A DNA stretch of 64,000 nt, taken from Candidatus Micrarchaeota archaeon (GTDB lineage: Archaea; Micrarchaeota; Micrarchaeia; Anstonellales; Bilamarchaeaceae). How positions within the stretch are numbered: the first letter of the stretch is position 1; each line of letters starts with the position of its first letter. The stretch covers positions 89,222 through 153,221 of the forward strand of contig JBBSVN010000003.1 in assembly GCA_038046765.1 (NCBI GenBank). The letters run 5' to 3'. Shown here piece after piece: positions 27,277-37,154 of this stretch. A program made the position numbers and the translations under genes. Under the pieces are notes generated by a model, which saw only the letters and a list, made by a program, of their open reading frames with translations, was not told the DNA's origin and ran no database searches.

Positions 27277-28077
27277 TTAACGACCCAACTTTTTAATCAA
27301 TAAATCGTCAATTTTATGACTTGGCTTTCTTGGTTGTGGTTCGATTTGTTTTCGTCTTAAACTTCTAAATGGATCTGGTAAATCAAACACATCTCTTTTG
27401 CTAGAAATTCCAAAGGCATCAGGCTTATAAGTGGTTGAAGTTTCTTCTAATATTCTTGCTAATTTGTCGGCTAAACAATCAACTGGACTTTCGTGTCTTG
27501 ATTTAGTTGCTAATTCCAGCGGTTGCATTAAATCAATTAGTGTATTTTTATATGCTGTAATAAATATTCTATGTTCTTCGATTCTTGGTCTAGGATTTCT
27601 ATTATTTGCAGTTCTTTCTAAATCATCTAAAAGCTTTGTTAAACCACCTATCCCAAGTTCTGCAACTGAAAACGCAGAAAAACAGGTTGATAAAGTTGAC
27701 CTGGGTTTTATTGCGTCTAGCAAAATTCTTAATTCGTAATCTACCGACCCAGCATTTTGAACCGTATAATGCTCACCTATTTTTACCATATTTGCGCTAA
27801 CTGCTGGTCTTTGCCTGTCAATTGGTGAATTAGAATATTCTTTTGGTTGATGTAAGTTCACTACAAAATCAGAATTATCTGGGATGTCATGAAACCCAAG
27901 GGTTTGAGAAAAATAACTGTATGATACAGCACTAGGGTAAACGCTTTCTAATAATTTCTGAATGTGTTTAGCCTCTAATTCTCCTGAACGAGCAAAAATT
28001 TCAAATGGTACAAACTGCCCGTCAATTAAACAAGTTCCGCTAAAACAATCTTTCATAGAATAGTCTTTTGTTGCCAT
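27277..28077 (-). CDS. Hypothetical protein
   Basis: 266-aa ORF with GGTGA SD; no family recognised. Confidence 0.65.
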   Translation of the reverse strand: MATKDYSMKDCFSGTCLIDGQFVPFEIFARSGELEAKHIQKLLESVYPSAVSYSYFSQTLGFHDIPDNSDFVVNLHQPKEYSNSPIDRQRPAVSANMVKIGEHYTVQNAGSVDYELRILLDAIKPRSTLSTCFSAFSVAELGIGGLTKLLDDLERTANNRNPRPRIEEHRIFITAYKNTLIDLMQPLELATKSRHESPVDCLADKLARILEETSTTYKPDAFGISSKRDVFDLPDPFRSLRRKQIEPQPRKPSHKIDDLLIKKLGR

Positions 28078-28151
28078 ATAATCACCACAATAATAACAAT
28101 ATTACAACAAAAGAGTTTATAAAGATTGCGTTTATCCTTGGATTATCATTT

Positions 28152-29636
28152 TTAATCAACTAACATCAATCCGGGGTCTTCCAGATGAGATTTAACCATA
28201 TTGGCAAACCTTGCAGCCTGCGCTCCATCAATTAATCGATGATCGAAAGTAACAGTGAAATTAAGCATTTTTCTAACTCGAATTTCGCCATTACGAACTA
28301 CTGGGCGATCCTCCATCTTATAAATTCCTAAAATCGCAACTTCAGGATAGTTTATTATTGGAGTAGCAAATACACCCCCAACGCTTCCTATGTTCGTAAT
28401 CGTAAATGTTCCACCTTTCATTTCATCTAGAGTTAATTTCCTAGCTCTAGCTTTTTCTGCTAGATCATTAATCTCTTTAGCTACTTCCATAACTGTTTTT
28501 CTATTTGCATTTTTAATTACTGGAACAAGTAATCCTTCAGGGGTATCAACTGCAACTCCTACATTGTAGTATTTTTTAAAAACAATTTCGCCTTTTTGAT
28601 CATCGATGCTTGCATTAAAATCAGGGAAGTTTTTAAGCGCGGAAACTGCTGCTTTCAAGATAAATGATAAGTAAGTTAGTTTTATTCCCTTTTGTGCTGC
28701 GATTGCCTTACTTCTTTCTCTAATACTTACTAGTTCAGTAACATCTGCTTCTTCCATATGTGTAACATGAACTGCAGTTCTTGCGCTAGTTACCATGTGG
28801 TCAGAGATTATTTTTCTTATTCCCTTAAATGCTACTCGCTCGACTTCACCATCTACGGTTACGCTCATTTGTTTTGGAACTTGATTTTGTGCTGGAGCTG
28901 TTTGCGCAATCGAAGATAAGAACGATGATTCGCTTACCGAAGGTTGTGATTGAACAATTTGAACTTGAGGTTGCTGTACTTGAACAGTTTGAGTAGTTTG
29001 TTGTGCTTGCATTGTTTGTGCTTGTACTATTGGTTGCTGCACTGGAGCTCCTGCGGCTTTTTTAACATCTTGTTCAGTAATTCTTCCATTATCCCCGCTT
29101 CCAATTACCATTTCTAAATCTACACCTAACTCGCGTGCGATTTTACGAACAAACGGTGTTGCTTGCACATGGCCTGGTTTAGTAGTTACTGCTGGAATTG
29201 GTTTAATTTGATCGGGTGCTGCTTTTTGCTCAATCTTTGGCTGTTCGTGAATTGGTTGTATTTGAACGATTGGTTCAATAGGCTGAATTTGTACCGGTGC
29301 TTGTTTTGGTTGCTGAACTTGTGGAGCTGTTTGTGACTGTGTTGGTGCTGCTTGAACTGATGCATGTATTGGTGCGCTTGTTCCTTGATACGTTTCACCT
29401 GGTTGCCCTATAACCATGAAGACTTTTCCAACATGAGTAACTTCTCCTTCTTTTCCAAATAATTTAAGCATTATACCCGCTTTTGGAGAGGGCATTTCAA
29501 CTACTGCTTTATCAGTTTCTAAATCTGCGATAACTTGATCTGCTTTAACAGTATCTCCTTCTTTAACATGCCATTTTTTTATTATTCCTTCGTGAATACC
29601 TTCTCCTAAATCTGGCAATTTAAATTCATAAACCAT
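28152..29636 (-). CDS. pdhC: 2-oxoacid (pyruvate) dehydrogenase E2 acyltransferase
   Basis: Lipoyl domain ETDKA, E3-binding ATP.VRK.ARE...GSG..GRI, catalytic DHRLIDG; long Q/P-rich linkers. Confidence 0.96.
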   Translation of the reverse strand: MVYEFKLPDLGEGIHEGIIKKWHVKEGDTVKADQVIADLETDKAVVEMPSPKAGIMLKLFGKEGEVTHVGKVFMVIGQPGETYQGTSAPIHASVQAAPTQSQTAPQVQQPKQAPVQIQPIEPIVQIQPIHEQPKIEQKAAPDQIKPIPAVTTKPGHVQATPFVRKIARELGVDLEMVIGSGDNGRITEQDVKKAAGAPVQQPIVQAQTMQAQQTTQTVQVQQPQVQIVQSQPSVSESSFLSSIAQTAPAQNQVPKQMSVTVDGEVERVAFKGIRKIISDHMVTSARTAVHVTHMEEADVTELVSIRERSKAIAAQKGIKLTYLSFILKAAVSALKNFPDFNASIDDQKGEIVFKKYYNVGVAVDTPEGLLVPVIKNANRKTVMEVAKEINDLAEKARARKLTLDEMKGGTFTITNIGSVGGVFATPIINYPEVAILGIYKMEDRPVVRNGEIRVRKMLNFTVTFDHRLIDGAQAARFANMVKSHLEDPGLMLVD

Positions 29637-29740
29637 AGTGTAGCACCTAATTATCCTAGTTATAATCGAATAAGTATTACATTAGAATTCGGAAGAAAAG
29701 GTTAAAAAGGGTGAAGATGAATTTATGGGAAATGACGAAA

Positions 29741-29980
29741 TTAGAATTTCTTACCATAATAAAGTTCTAAGAATTCATCTCGTGTTAAATTTGCTTGTTT
29801 TATTATACTAAGAAGCGTTCCTATTGCTAATTCTCTATGAAGAGGAACTACTGGTCTAAACTTCCCCTTTTCATCTTCCCTGAACATAATTACATGACTA
29901 CCTGTTTGATCTAATTGTCTAAACCCAAGTTTACCTAGAATTTTTATAACTTCTAAACCTGAAACTATTGGCAGTTTCAT
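29741..29980 (-). CDS. hicA: HicA-family toxin
   Basis: LGF...DQTGSH, VVPLHREL..GTL.SI.KQA. Confidence 0.9.
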   Translation of the reverse strand: MKLPIVSGLEVIKILGKLGFRQLDQTGSHVIMFREDEKGKFRPVVPLHRELAIGTLLSIIKQANLTRDEFLELYYGKKF

Positions 29981-29982
29981 TT

Positions 29983-30204
29983 TTACACCGTAATTGTTGC
30001 AATCATCGGTTCTTGTCTGTGAAGAGATTTTAATTGTTCTACCTCTTCTTTATCTGCATGTTTAAGGTATAATCCTACAGCATCTTTTAAATTTTTTAGT
30101 GCTTCTTCTACATTTTCTCCTTGGCTTGTAATTTGAAGTTCTACACAGTGAGCAACGTACCATTTATCTTCTTTTTCTATGATTGCAGATAATTTGTAAT
30201 CCAT
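29983..30204 (-). CDS. hicB: HicB-family antitoxin
   Basis: IEKEDKWYVA.C.EL.I.SQGE..EEAL.NL.DAV.LYL. Confidence 0.9.
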   Translation of the reverse strand: MDYKLSAIIEKEDKWYVAHCVELQITSQGENVEEALKNLKDAVGLYLKHADKEEVEQLKSLHRQEPMIATITV

Positions 30205-30256
30205 TTTTACACCTGATTTATTTAAATCAAACCGTCTTTATAACCTTTTTGTATCT

Positions 30257-30790
30257 TTATTTTTCCGTTCTAAAACTAAATCTATCGATAGAATATGCTA
30301 AACCTACGCCTAACCCATACGCAAGAAAATCTTTAGGATCATAAGTTCCACCAAGAACATGATATTTTTGCCCAATTTCCATAATACTTGGAAGTAGAAG
30401 CCAAAATGCTGAAGTAGTAAGTGGAGTCTTACCAATTAGAAAAAACCTTGGACTTGAAATTGTTTCGTCAAAAGCGTTATGAATACCTTTTTGTTTATTT
30501 ATTTTTAATATTTGTTTAAGTAAGTACATGCTTCTAGTAAGATTATAAGAAACAAATGGAAGCGCGACATCAAAGAATTGACCTCGTATAGATGGCGGCA
30601 ATTTTAATGAAGTTTTTAATTGAATGAACCGACCAACAAAATAAAAGGCTACAGCTGTTAAACCAATTCGAATGAACCTTTTTTGTTGTAATAATGTTTT
30701 TTTATGTTCTAGGAGATCTTGCTTAGATAAGGGACTAGGATTACGCTGTCGATCAACTCTTTCCTTAAATTTTCTTAATGATTTTTGCAT
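30257..30790 (-). CDS. Hypothetical membrane protein
   Basis: TM segments; E..Q....GTYD..D..AY.LG C-terminal motif (VanZ/DUF2809-like). Confidence 0.6.
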   Translation of the reverse strand: MQKSLRKFKERVDRQRNPSPLSKQDLLEHKKTLLQQKRFIRIGLTAVAFYFVGRFIQLKTSLKLPPSIRGQFFDVALPFVSYNLTRSMYLLKQILKINKQKGIHNAFDETISSPRFFLIGKTPLTTSAFWLLLPSIMEIGQKYHVLGGTYDPKDFLAYGLGVGLAYSIDRFSFRTEK

Positions 30791-30796
30791 AAATTT

Positions 30797-31180
30797 TCAC
30801 TTTCGATCTACAATAAACCTCCAGCCTTCTTGGCAATATATTGGCAGCGGAAGTTTATCATGATAGCCAACTATCCTAATACAAGTAACATCTACAATTT
30901 CAATAGTTTTTGCATCACAGGTAACCTGGTAACGAATATCGCGTATTTCTTCATCTGCAGTTAAAACTTGTTTTTCAGGTTTAATTGCATCGCAGGTTCG
31001 ATTAGCAAAACTAGTCATTGACTCTACCTTTCTTTTAGCTAATTCTTCTAACTGTTGATTTATTTTCGCAAATGATAAAAGAACTCTTTCTTCTTCCGTC
31101 AATGGAGTTTGTTTTTTAGGACTACTTGCACAGCCTAATACAAGAGAACTCGCAAAAATTACTTTTTGAAGCATTTTCAT
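30797..31180 (-). CDS. Putative lipoprotein
   Basis: MKMLQKVIFASSLVLGCASS lipobox. Confidence 0.6.
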   Translation of the reverse strand: MKMLQKVIFASSLVLGCASSPKKQTPLTEEERVLLSFAKINQQLEELAKRKVESMTSFANRTCDAIKPEKQVLTADEEIRDIRYQVTCDAKTIEIVDVTCIRIVGYHDKLPLPIYCQEGWRFIVDRK

Positions 31181-31214
31181 ATAGTTATTATGTTACAATA
31201 AGTTTATAAAGATG

Positions 31215-31481
31215 CTAATTAAGTGATTTCTTCTTTCCTTTCGTATTTAAACCAATCAAAACGTTCAACATCGCAATCAGAGTCGCAACAACATTCAATG
31301 CTAAGAAGATTAAGTCGCCAAGTAAATAACTGTAAACTGCCAAGCATAGACTTCCTAATGAATAAAGAATACTAAATGAAAGGGGAAGATTAGATTTTCT
31401 TGTTTTAACTAAATTATAAGTTTCGTAAATCCACCCGATCAAAATTAAAGATAAACCAACAATCCCTAAAAGTTCAAACAT
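31215..31481 (-). CDS. 3-TM SemiSWEET/PQ-loop-like small membrane protein
   Basis: LG..G..L...W..E....KT.KS, 3 TM, LN. Confidence 0.6.
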   Translation of the reverse strand: MFELLGIVGLSLILIGWIYETYNLVKTRKSNLPLSFSILYSLGSLCLAVYSYLLGDLIFLALNVVATLIAMLNVLIGLNTKGKKKSLN

Positions 31482-31483
31482 AC

Positions 31484-31999
31484 TTATTTTTCACCATAGG
31501 AATTTATTAACGTTTCAAAACGCACAGCAGCAGCATTATTTCTTAATTTAAGGTGCATCTCTAAAAAGGAGTGTAACGTATGTCCTTGATCAGTTGTAAG
31601 ATCTTTTCTTGCACTATGTTCTAATAATAATTTAGCGTAATGTTCGAGCAACTCAAATGCACAAAACATTAAAGGGGTAATTCCTATTGAACCGTCCCTC
31701 TGGTCTGGATCTGCACCTCTTTCTAGTAAAAGTTTAAATGATTCAAATTGACGCTCTAGTATTGCAACAATTAATGTCGGAGCATCTTCTCTATAATTAT
31801 TATAATTTTCACCAGTTTCATCATAAGTATTTCTTGTATTCACATTTGCCCCTTGATCTAAAAGATTTTTCATCCCAGTTAGATGCCCGTTTCTTGTAGC
31901 ATCAAGAAGAGCTCGATTTAGGGCTCTTTTTAGATCTACAGGTAGAACACGCGCAGTTGTTTTAGGTAAAGCAAGAACTAATTGATGAGCAGATGACAT
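31484..31999 (-). CDS. Ankyrin-repeat protein
   Basis: LLDA..NGH....NLLDQGANVN, LLERGADPD, GITPLM. Confidence 0.85.
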   Translation of the reverse strand: MSSAHQLVLALPKTTARVLPVDLKRALNRALLDATRNGHLTGMKNLLDQGANVNTRNTYDETGENYNNYREDAPTLIVAILERQFESFKLLLERGADPDQRDGSIGITPLMFCAFELLEHYAKLLLEHSARKDLTTDQGHTLHSFLEMHLKLRNNAAAVRFETLINSYGEK

Positions 32000-32106
32000 A
32001 AAAATCGTTAAATAGATGATGTATCGATTAATTAATAAAAGTTAAATGAAACTACAGAAAGAAAATAATAGTATCAGAAATTAATAATAAAAAATAATAA
32101 AATAAA

Positions 32107-33084
32107 CTAAAAACTCATTACATATTCAACTCCCTTAATTACTTTTCCAGCATCGGGGAAGAAATAATCCTCTAATTTTGGTAATGGAGTTACAACATCG
32201 TAAGCGGTTACACGCTTTACTGGTGCCTTGAGGTCTAATAAAGCTTTTTCATTTATTCTTGCAATTACTTCCGCGCCTACACCAAGATTACGAGGAGCTT
32301 CATGAACAACTACGCATCGTCCGGTTTTTTTAACCGAGTTAATGATGGTTTCAGTATCAAGTGGAGCAACGGTTCTAAGGTCGATTATTTCACAGTTAAC
32401 ATTTTTCTGTTTTAATTGTTCGGCAGCATCCATACAAACTCGAACCATCGCGCCATAAGTTACTAGTGTTACATCGCTTCCTTCCTGAACGATTTTAGCC
32501 TGCCCAAATGGAATTGAATACCTTTCTTCTGGTACTTCTTCCTTAAATGCTCGATAAAGTCTTTTTGGTTCAAAGAACATTACTGGATCTTCGCTATCTA
32601 ATGCTGAAACAAGTAATCCCTTTGCGTCATATGGGCCAGAAGGTATTGCAACAATAATACCTGCGTTATGAGCGTATAATGTTTCGGGCGCTTCGCTGTG
32701 ATGCTCTAAAGCTCGAACACCTCCACCATAAGGAGATCGAATTATAATTGGACATTTATGGCTTCCATTAGACCGTGTTCTAAATCGAACCATGTGTGAA
32801 ACAATATGATCATACGCAGGCGGGATAAACCCTTCAAACTGCATTTCGCAAACAGGTTTAAGTCCGTAAGCTGCCATGCCAATTGCGCATCCAATTATTC
32901 CAGCTTCAGATAAGGGAGTATCAATTACGCGAGTTTCACCATACTTTTTAATTAAACCATCAGTTACACGGAAAACTCCGCCATCATAACCAACGTCTTC
33001 GCCCATAACGACAATCTTTTCGTTTTTTGCCATTTCTGACATTAAAGTAGAATTAATTGCTTCGACTAAATTCATTTTTACCAT
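32107..33084 (-). CDS. pdhB: Pyruvate/2-oxoacid dehydrogenase E1 beta
   Basis: GEDVG..GGVFRVT, DTPLSEAG, EHHSE, FFEPK, IDLRT. Confidence 0.96.
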   Translation of the reverse strand: MVKMNLVEAINSTLMSEMAKNEKIVVMGEDVGYDGGVFRVTDGLIKKYGETRVIDTPLSEAGIIGCAIGMAAYGLKPVCEMQFEGFIPPAYDHIVSHMVRFRTRSNGSHKCPIIIRSPYGGGVRALEHHSEAPETLYAHNAGIIVAIPSGPYDAKGLLVSALDSEDPVMFFEPKRLYRAFKEEVPEERYSIPFGQAKIVQEGSDVTLVTYGAMVRVCMDAAEQLKQKNVNCEIIDLRTVAPLDTETIINSVKKTGRCVVVHEAPRNLGVGAEVIARINEKALLDLKAPVKRVTAYDVVTPLPKLEDYFFPDAGKVIKGVEYVMSF

Positions 33085-33105
33085 AGCATAATCACCAGAG
33101 AAAAA

Positions 33106-34197
33106 TTACTGCACAGCACCCTTTTCTTTAAGGTATGTTGAGAGTTCATTCATTTGTTCAACTAAATGCGGAGGCATTTTAGCATAAGTATATTTGAACA
33201 TATCTTCGTAGTTATCGAGCTTTTCATTTTCAGCTTCTTCAACTGCTTTTTCAATGTCTGCAGTTATTTTTTCTGCGGTTCGCTTTTCCATATCTTCATT
33301 CCAATAACCGTTTCGCTCTAAGTATATCCTAAATCTTTTTATCGGATCCTTTGCTTCCCATTGCTTTACATCATCAGATGATCGATATTTAGTCGGATCA
33401 TCAGCAGTAGTGTGTAAACTCATACGGTAAGTTACTGCTTCAATTAAAGTTGCGCCTTCGCCGCGCTTGGCCCGATCATAAGCTTCCTTTGTGACTTTAT
33501 AAACTCCTAAAACATCATTACCATCAACTTGAACGCTTGCAACATTGTAGGCTAAACCTTTTTGAGCGATTGTTTTAGATGCGGTCTGTCTTGATCTTGG
33601 AAGCGAAATTGCCCATTGATTATTTTGACAAAACAATATCGATGGGGTTTTGAAAACTCCTGCAAAATTCATCGCAGCGTGGAAATCGCCTTCGCTTGTT
33701 CCGCCATCTCCAAAGTAAGAAATGGTTGCAATATTGTGTTTTAAAATTTTTGATGCCCATGCAATTCCAACACCATGTAATGCTTGAGAGGCAATTGGAA
33801 TTGAAACCATCAAATTATTTTTATAAGACCCTTCCATTTTCATTCCTTTTTCGCTTCCCATCCAATAAGTAAATAAATTTTTTAGTGATAAGCCTCTCCA
33901 TAAATAAACTGCGTGTTCTCGATAACTTGGAATCATCCAATCTTCTTGGTTAAATGGAGCGATACTTCCAACCTGGGCTGCTTCCTGGCCTAAAGAAGGT
34001 GGATAAGTAACTAGTCTTCCTTGTCGCTGTAATTTTAAGCATTTATCATTAAACATTCTAGTGAGTAACATTGCAACGTACATCCTAAGCAACATATCTT
34101 TTGGTAGCTTTGGATCTAGATTTTCGTCGATATTTCCATCTTTGTCTAATACTTGTACGTAGTTTATACTACCTTCGAATACTTTTTCAATAGGCAC
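33106..34197 (-). CDS. pdhA: Pyruvate/2-oxoacid dehydrogenase E1 alpha
   Basis: LQRQGR, GQEAAQVG, TPP motif GDGGTSEGDF...NN, TYR..HTTADD. Confidence 0.96.
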   Translation of the reverse strand: MPIEKVFEGSINYVQVLDKDGNIDENLDPKLPKDMLLRMYVAMLLTRMFNDKCLKLQRQGRLVTYPPSLGQEAAQVGSIAPFNQEDWMIPSYREHAVYLWRGLSLKNLFTYWMGSEKGMKMEGSYKNNLMVSIPIASQALHGVGIAWASKILKHNIATISYFGDGGTSEGDFHAAMNFAGVFKTPSILFCQNNQWAISLPRSRQTASKTIAQKGLAYNVASVQVDGNDVLGVYKVTKEAYDRAKRGEGATLIEAVTYRMSLHTTADDPTKYRSSDDVKQWEAKDPIKRFRIYLERNGYWNEDMEKRTAEKITADIEKAVEEAENEKLDNYEDMFKYTYAKMPPHLVEQMNELSTYLKEKGAVQ

Positions 34198-34375
34198 GTT
34201 TTCACCTTTATTTTAATATTAATAATACTAGCATGAGAATAGGATTAGGTCTTTATTAGAAAAGAAAGCATTTAAATAATTTATTATTTGACTTCGTGAA
34301 TTGACGATATCTAAACTGAGCACCAGAAGGTTTAAAATTAGAATAAGAACAGGTTATTAAGAAGCATTTATTTAG

Positions 34376-34954
34376 GTGATATTTATGGCTATGGCAATTA
34401 AGGAAAAGGAAGTAGAATTTACTGCGAATACTGCAACTTGGTTGAAAAATGAATTAGGAAATAATAGCTTTGATTTACTTTCTAAAGGACTTAAGGATAG
34501 CTCGGTTTTCAGAAAGGATGTACCAAAGGGTATGAGCGCAGATACTTTTAGTAAAGTAAATCTAATCGCATCAAGTAGTAACTCGGATTCACCTCTTTTA
34601 AAATTGAATAAAGAAACTGGGAAATATTATATGAATGACAAAATGATTGCAGAATATCGAAAAGCAGATAATTCAGAAATAGCAGCTAGATCGAAAGAAA
34701 TCAAGTTTGAACATTTAGGGAGAACAATTCCAGTAAAATTAAAAGACATGACAACAGTTAGAGTAAGTGCAGCACCAGAGAAAAAAATAGTTTTTGAAAA
34801 AGGTTTAGAAATAAAAGGTAAAATAAAACCAAAAGATAAAGGAGAACTTACGGTTGATCAACATTTAAAAGAAAGGGAACAAACTACAAAACAAGTTAAA
34901 GAATACTTTCAAGCGATTGTAGATCCGATAAAGGGTAAAAAGAAGGACGCGTAA
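34376..34954 (+). CDS. Hypothetical Lys-rich protein
   Basis: ORF with GGTGA SD. Confidence 0.65.
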   Translation: MIFMAMAIKEKEVEFTANTATWLKNELGNNSFDLLSKGLKDSSVFRKDVPKGMSADTFSKVNLIASSSNSDSPLLKLNKETGKYYMNDKMIAEYRKADNSEIAARSKEIKFEHLGRTIPVKLKDMTTVRVSAAPEKKIVFEKGLEIKGKIKPKDKGELTVDQHLKEREQTTKQVKEYFQAIVDPIKGKKKDA

Positions 34955-34970
34955 ACAAACAGTTTTTTAG

Positions 34971-35564
34971 TTATGCGATCTTATCCAAAAAATACTTTGG
35001 TTCATTACCAACTTTCCATTTTATCGAGCAACCCATGCTCGGCATTGTTTCAACAGAAGAATTCCCTGTTTCTAAAACTTGTTTTATCGCATTTTCTAGA
35101 TCATTTGATTTTGCATTTTCATTAGGTTGTTTGTGCGCGTCATCGATTCTGCCATGATAAACTAATCTTCTTTGTTCATCAAATAAATAAGGATCAGGCG
35201 TGCACATGGCACCATACTTCTTTGCTACTTCCTGTGTCGGATCGTGCAAATATGGAAAATTAAAACCTTGCTCCATCGCAGTTTTTGTCATTCCTTCAAA
35301 ACTATCTTCCGGATGATGAGTTGGATCATTTGGATTAATTGCAACTACATCTAATCCTTTATCCATGTACCTTACTTTTAATTTTTTTAGGTATTGTATT
35401 TTTGGTAGGACATATGGACAATGATTACAAATGAAAATAACTAATAAAACTGGTTTTCCAAAATCTCTTAATGAGTAAGATTTGCCACTTATTGATCTTA
35501 AACTAAAATCCGGAGCTTGATCTAATCTTTTAAGAACTTTATAAGTAGAAGTTACTAGTACCAT
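34971..35564 (-). CDS. Thioredoxin-fold redoxin (PRX-like1/AhpC-TSA)
   Basis: FICNHCPYV, INPND...EDS, A.CTPD, YHGRIDD, GCSIKW. Confidence 0.92.
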   Translation of the reverse strand: MVLVTSTYKVLKRLDQAPDFSLRSISGKSYSLRDFGKPVLLVIFICNHCPYVLPKIQYLKKLKVRYMDKGLDVVAINPNDPTHHPEDSFEGMTKTAMEQGFNFPYLHDPTQEVAKKYGAMCTPDPYLFDEQRRLVYHGRIDDAHKQPNENAKSNDLENAIKQVLETGNSSVETMPSMGCSIKWKVGNEPKYFLDKIA

Positions 35565-35671
35565 TGTACACCACCCGAGTTTTAATTTTGATTGATATAG
35601 ATCGTATAATCGATCAACAAATAAGAAGTTAACTAAAATTATTAAAATGAGAAAATCTTTTAGGTGAACGG

Positions 35672-35947
35672 ATGGTCAAATTCGAACAAGGAATTTTAAG
35701 AAGAAGTGTAAGAGCAGTACACACGGATCAAGAATTTTTATATCGAATCAAAGGACTAAATCCACCAATTCTTCACTGAAGATACAAACTACTTATAGAT
35801 AGATTAGATGATAATAGCGGAGGAATAATATTGAAAGGAACATATAGTGAAGTTAAAGAAAAACTAAACGGTCAGCCATTTGAAAAAATGGGATTAGTTA
35901 TGTTATCCGAAGCAGCTAAAGCGATTGCTGAACCAAGGATGAAATAA
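35672..35947 (+). pseudogene. 91-codon frame with one internal TGA (35777-35779)
   Basis: AGGTGA SD, then MVKFEQGILRRSVRAVHTDQEFLYRIKGLNPPILH*RYKLLIDRLDDNSGG...AEPRMK*. Confidence 0.5.
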
Positions 35948-35952
35948 ATTAA

Positions 35953-37110
35953 TTAAAAATAACTAGATAGTTTCCTTTGAACATTTAATTCCTTAAGTAG
36001 AACACTTTGTGCTTTGAACCTTGAAAACGGCAATTTTAATTTTGATTTAATGTAATTTGTTGCTGAGCCTAAATCATAAAACTCTTTTGGTTTTGTTTCT
36101 AAAGCGTGCATAGTTTCCATTCGACAAAGCCAAACACCAGTTGGAATGTAACCTTGCCAAGCTTCACGAAACACTATCGCTCCTGCCTGCTTTTTTTCTT
36201 GTGCTAATTTTTTACAAACTTCCATTTTTACAGAATAATAGCATCCACCTACACTAGAATATTCTTTCTTAGGCCGGTTTGTTTCGTAATCGCTAAAAAT
36301 TACTTCTTCTTTGTCCATTACATGAATAAATGATTCCATCCATTCGTATTGCCAAGCGGTTGGAACTAAAAGAATTGCAAAATAATTATTTAATGCAGAA
36401 AATTCATAAACTCTGTAAGTTTCAATTGTTGGATTGTGTCTTACTTGCGCTAGAAAATGATCTGCAAGTATTGAATCAGCAGCAGTAATACTCCAACGTG
36501 TTGGAACTAGTTTTCTATTTTTTTCTAAGCCAAATGAACCCGTAGATAATGCTTTTTGAATCTGTGAAAAGTCGACTTTATTTTTGAATAGATCGATTAC
36601 TGCTTCTTTTGACCGTAAATCGGTATCGTAATGTGCTTTTTCTAAGTTATGTTCAAATTTTACATTACCAATATCAAACTTATCGAGCGCGGCACTAGGA
36701 CCAAATGGCGCATGGTCATCGTTAAATGTAAATCCTTTAGGTTTACTATGAAACTCTGCTTCGCTTTCAACAGAATTTTTAGCTAGGGAAATTTCTTGTA
36801 AATTATTAACTAATTTATTTTTTAGGTCGTTAATTGAAACAGTGCTTTTGCCACGAACTAAGTTAAGACGAAATTGAACGATGTCTTCGATTTTTTTATT
36901 ATTAGAAATCCAATGTTCGGGAGCATCGAGTATTGATGTATCCCCGTATTCGTTACTCATCATTGGCCCAACGTAAACTTTGGGATATCCGAAACTTCCG
37001 ATAAAGACTGATGGCGGGCTAGTTCCTTCTAGCTTTTCTCCTACTTCTACGCTTCGAAATTGCATTTTTGAAGTAAGTTTTTTTAAGTAAGCAGATTTGC
37101 CAAAGGACAT
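35953..37110 (-). CDS. nreA: Nre-family DNA repair protein
   Basis: G.SPPSVFIG..GYPKV..GP, KLVPTRWSITA.D, GGCYY, C-terminal PIP box QRKLSSYF. Confidence 0.9.
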   Translation of the reverse strand: MSFGKSAYLKKLTSKMQFRSVEVGEKLEGTSPPSVFIGSFGYPKVYVGPMMSNEYGDTSILDAPEHWISNNKKIEDIVQFRLNLVRGKSTVSINDLKNKLVNNLQEISLAKNSVESEAEFHSKPKGFTFNDDHAPFGPSAALDKFDIGNVKFEHNLEKAHYDTDLRSKEAVIDLFKNKVDFSQIQKALSTGSFGLEKNRKLVPTRWSITAADSILADHFLAQVRHNPTIETYRVYEFSALNNYFAILLVPTAWQYEWMESFIHVMDKEEVIFSDYETNRPKKEYSSVGGCYYSVKMEVCKKLAQEKKQAGAIVFREAWQGYIPTGVWLCRMETMHALETKPKEFYDLGSATNYIKSKLKLPFSRFKAQSVLLKELNVQRKLSSYF

Positions 37111-37154
37111 GATAGAATATACTGGATTAAATTAAAAAAGAGAATGAAAAAAAA

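Noticed and set aside
28900..29400. Q/P-rich repeats as a separate repeat element
   Set aside because: They are the flexible linkers of PDH E2
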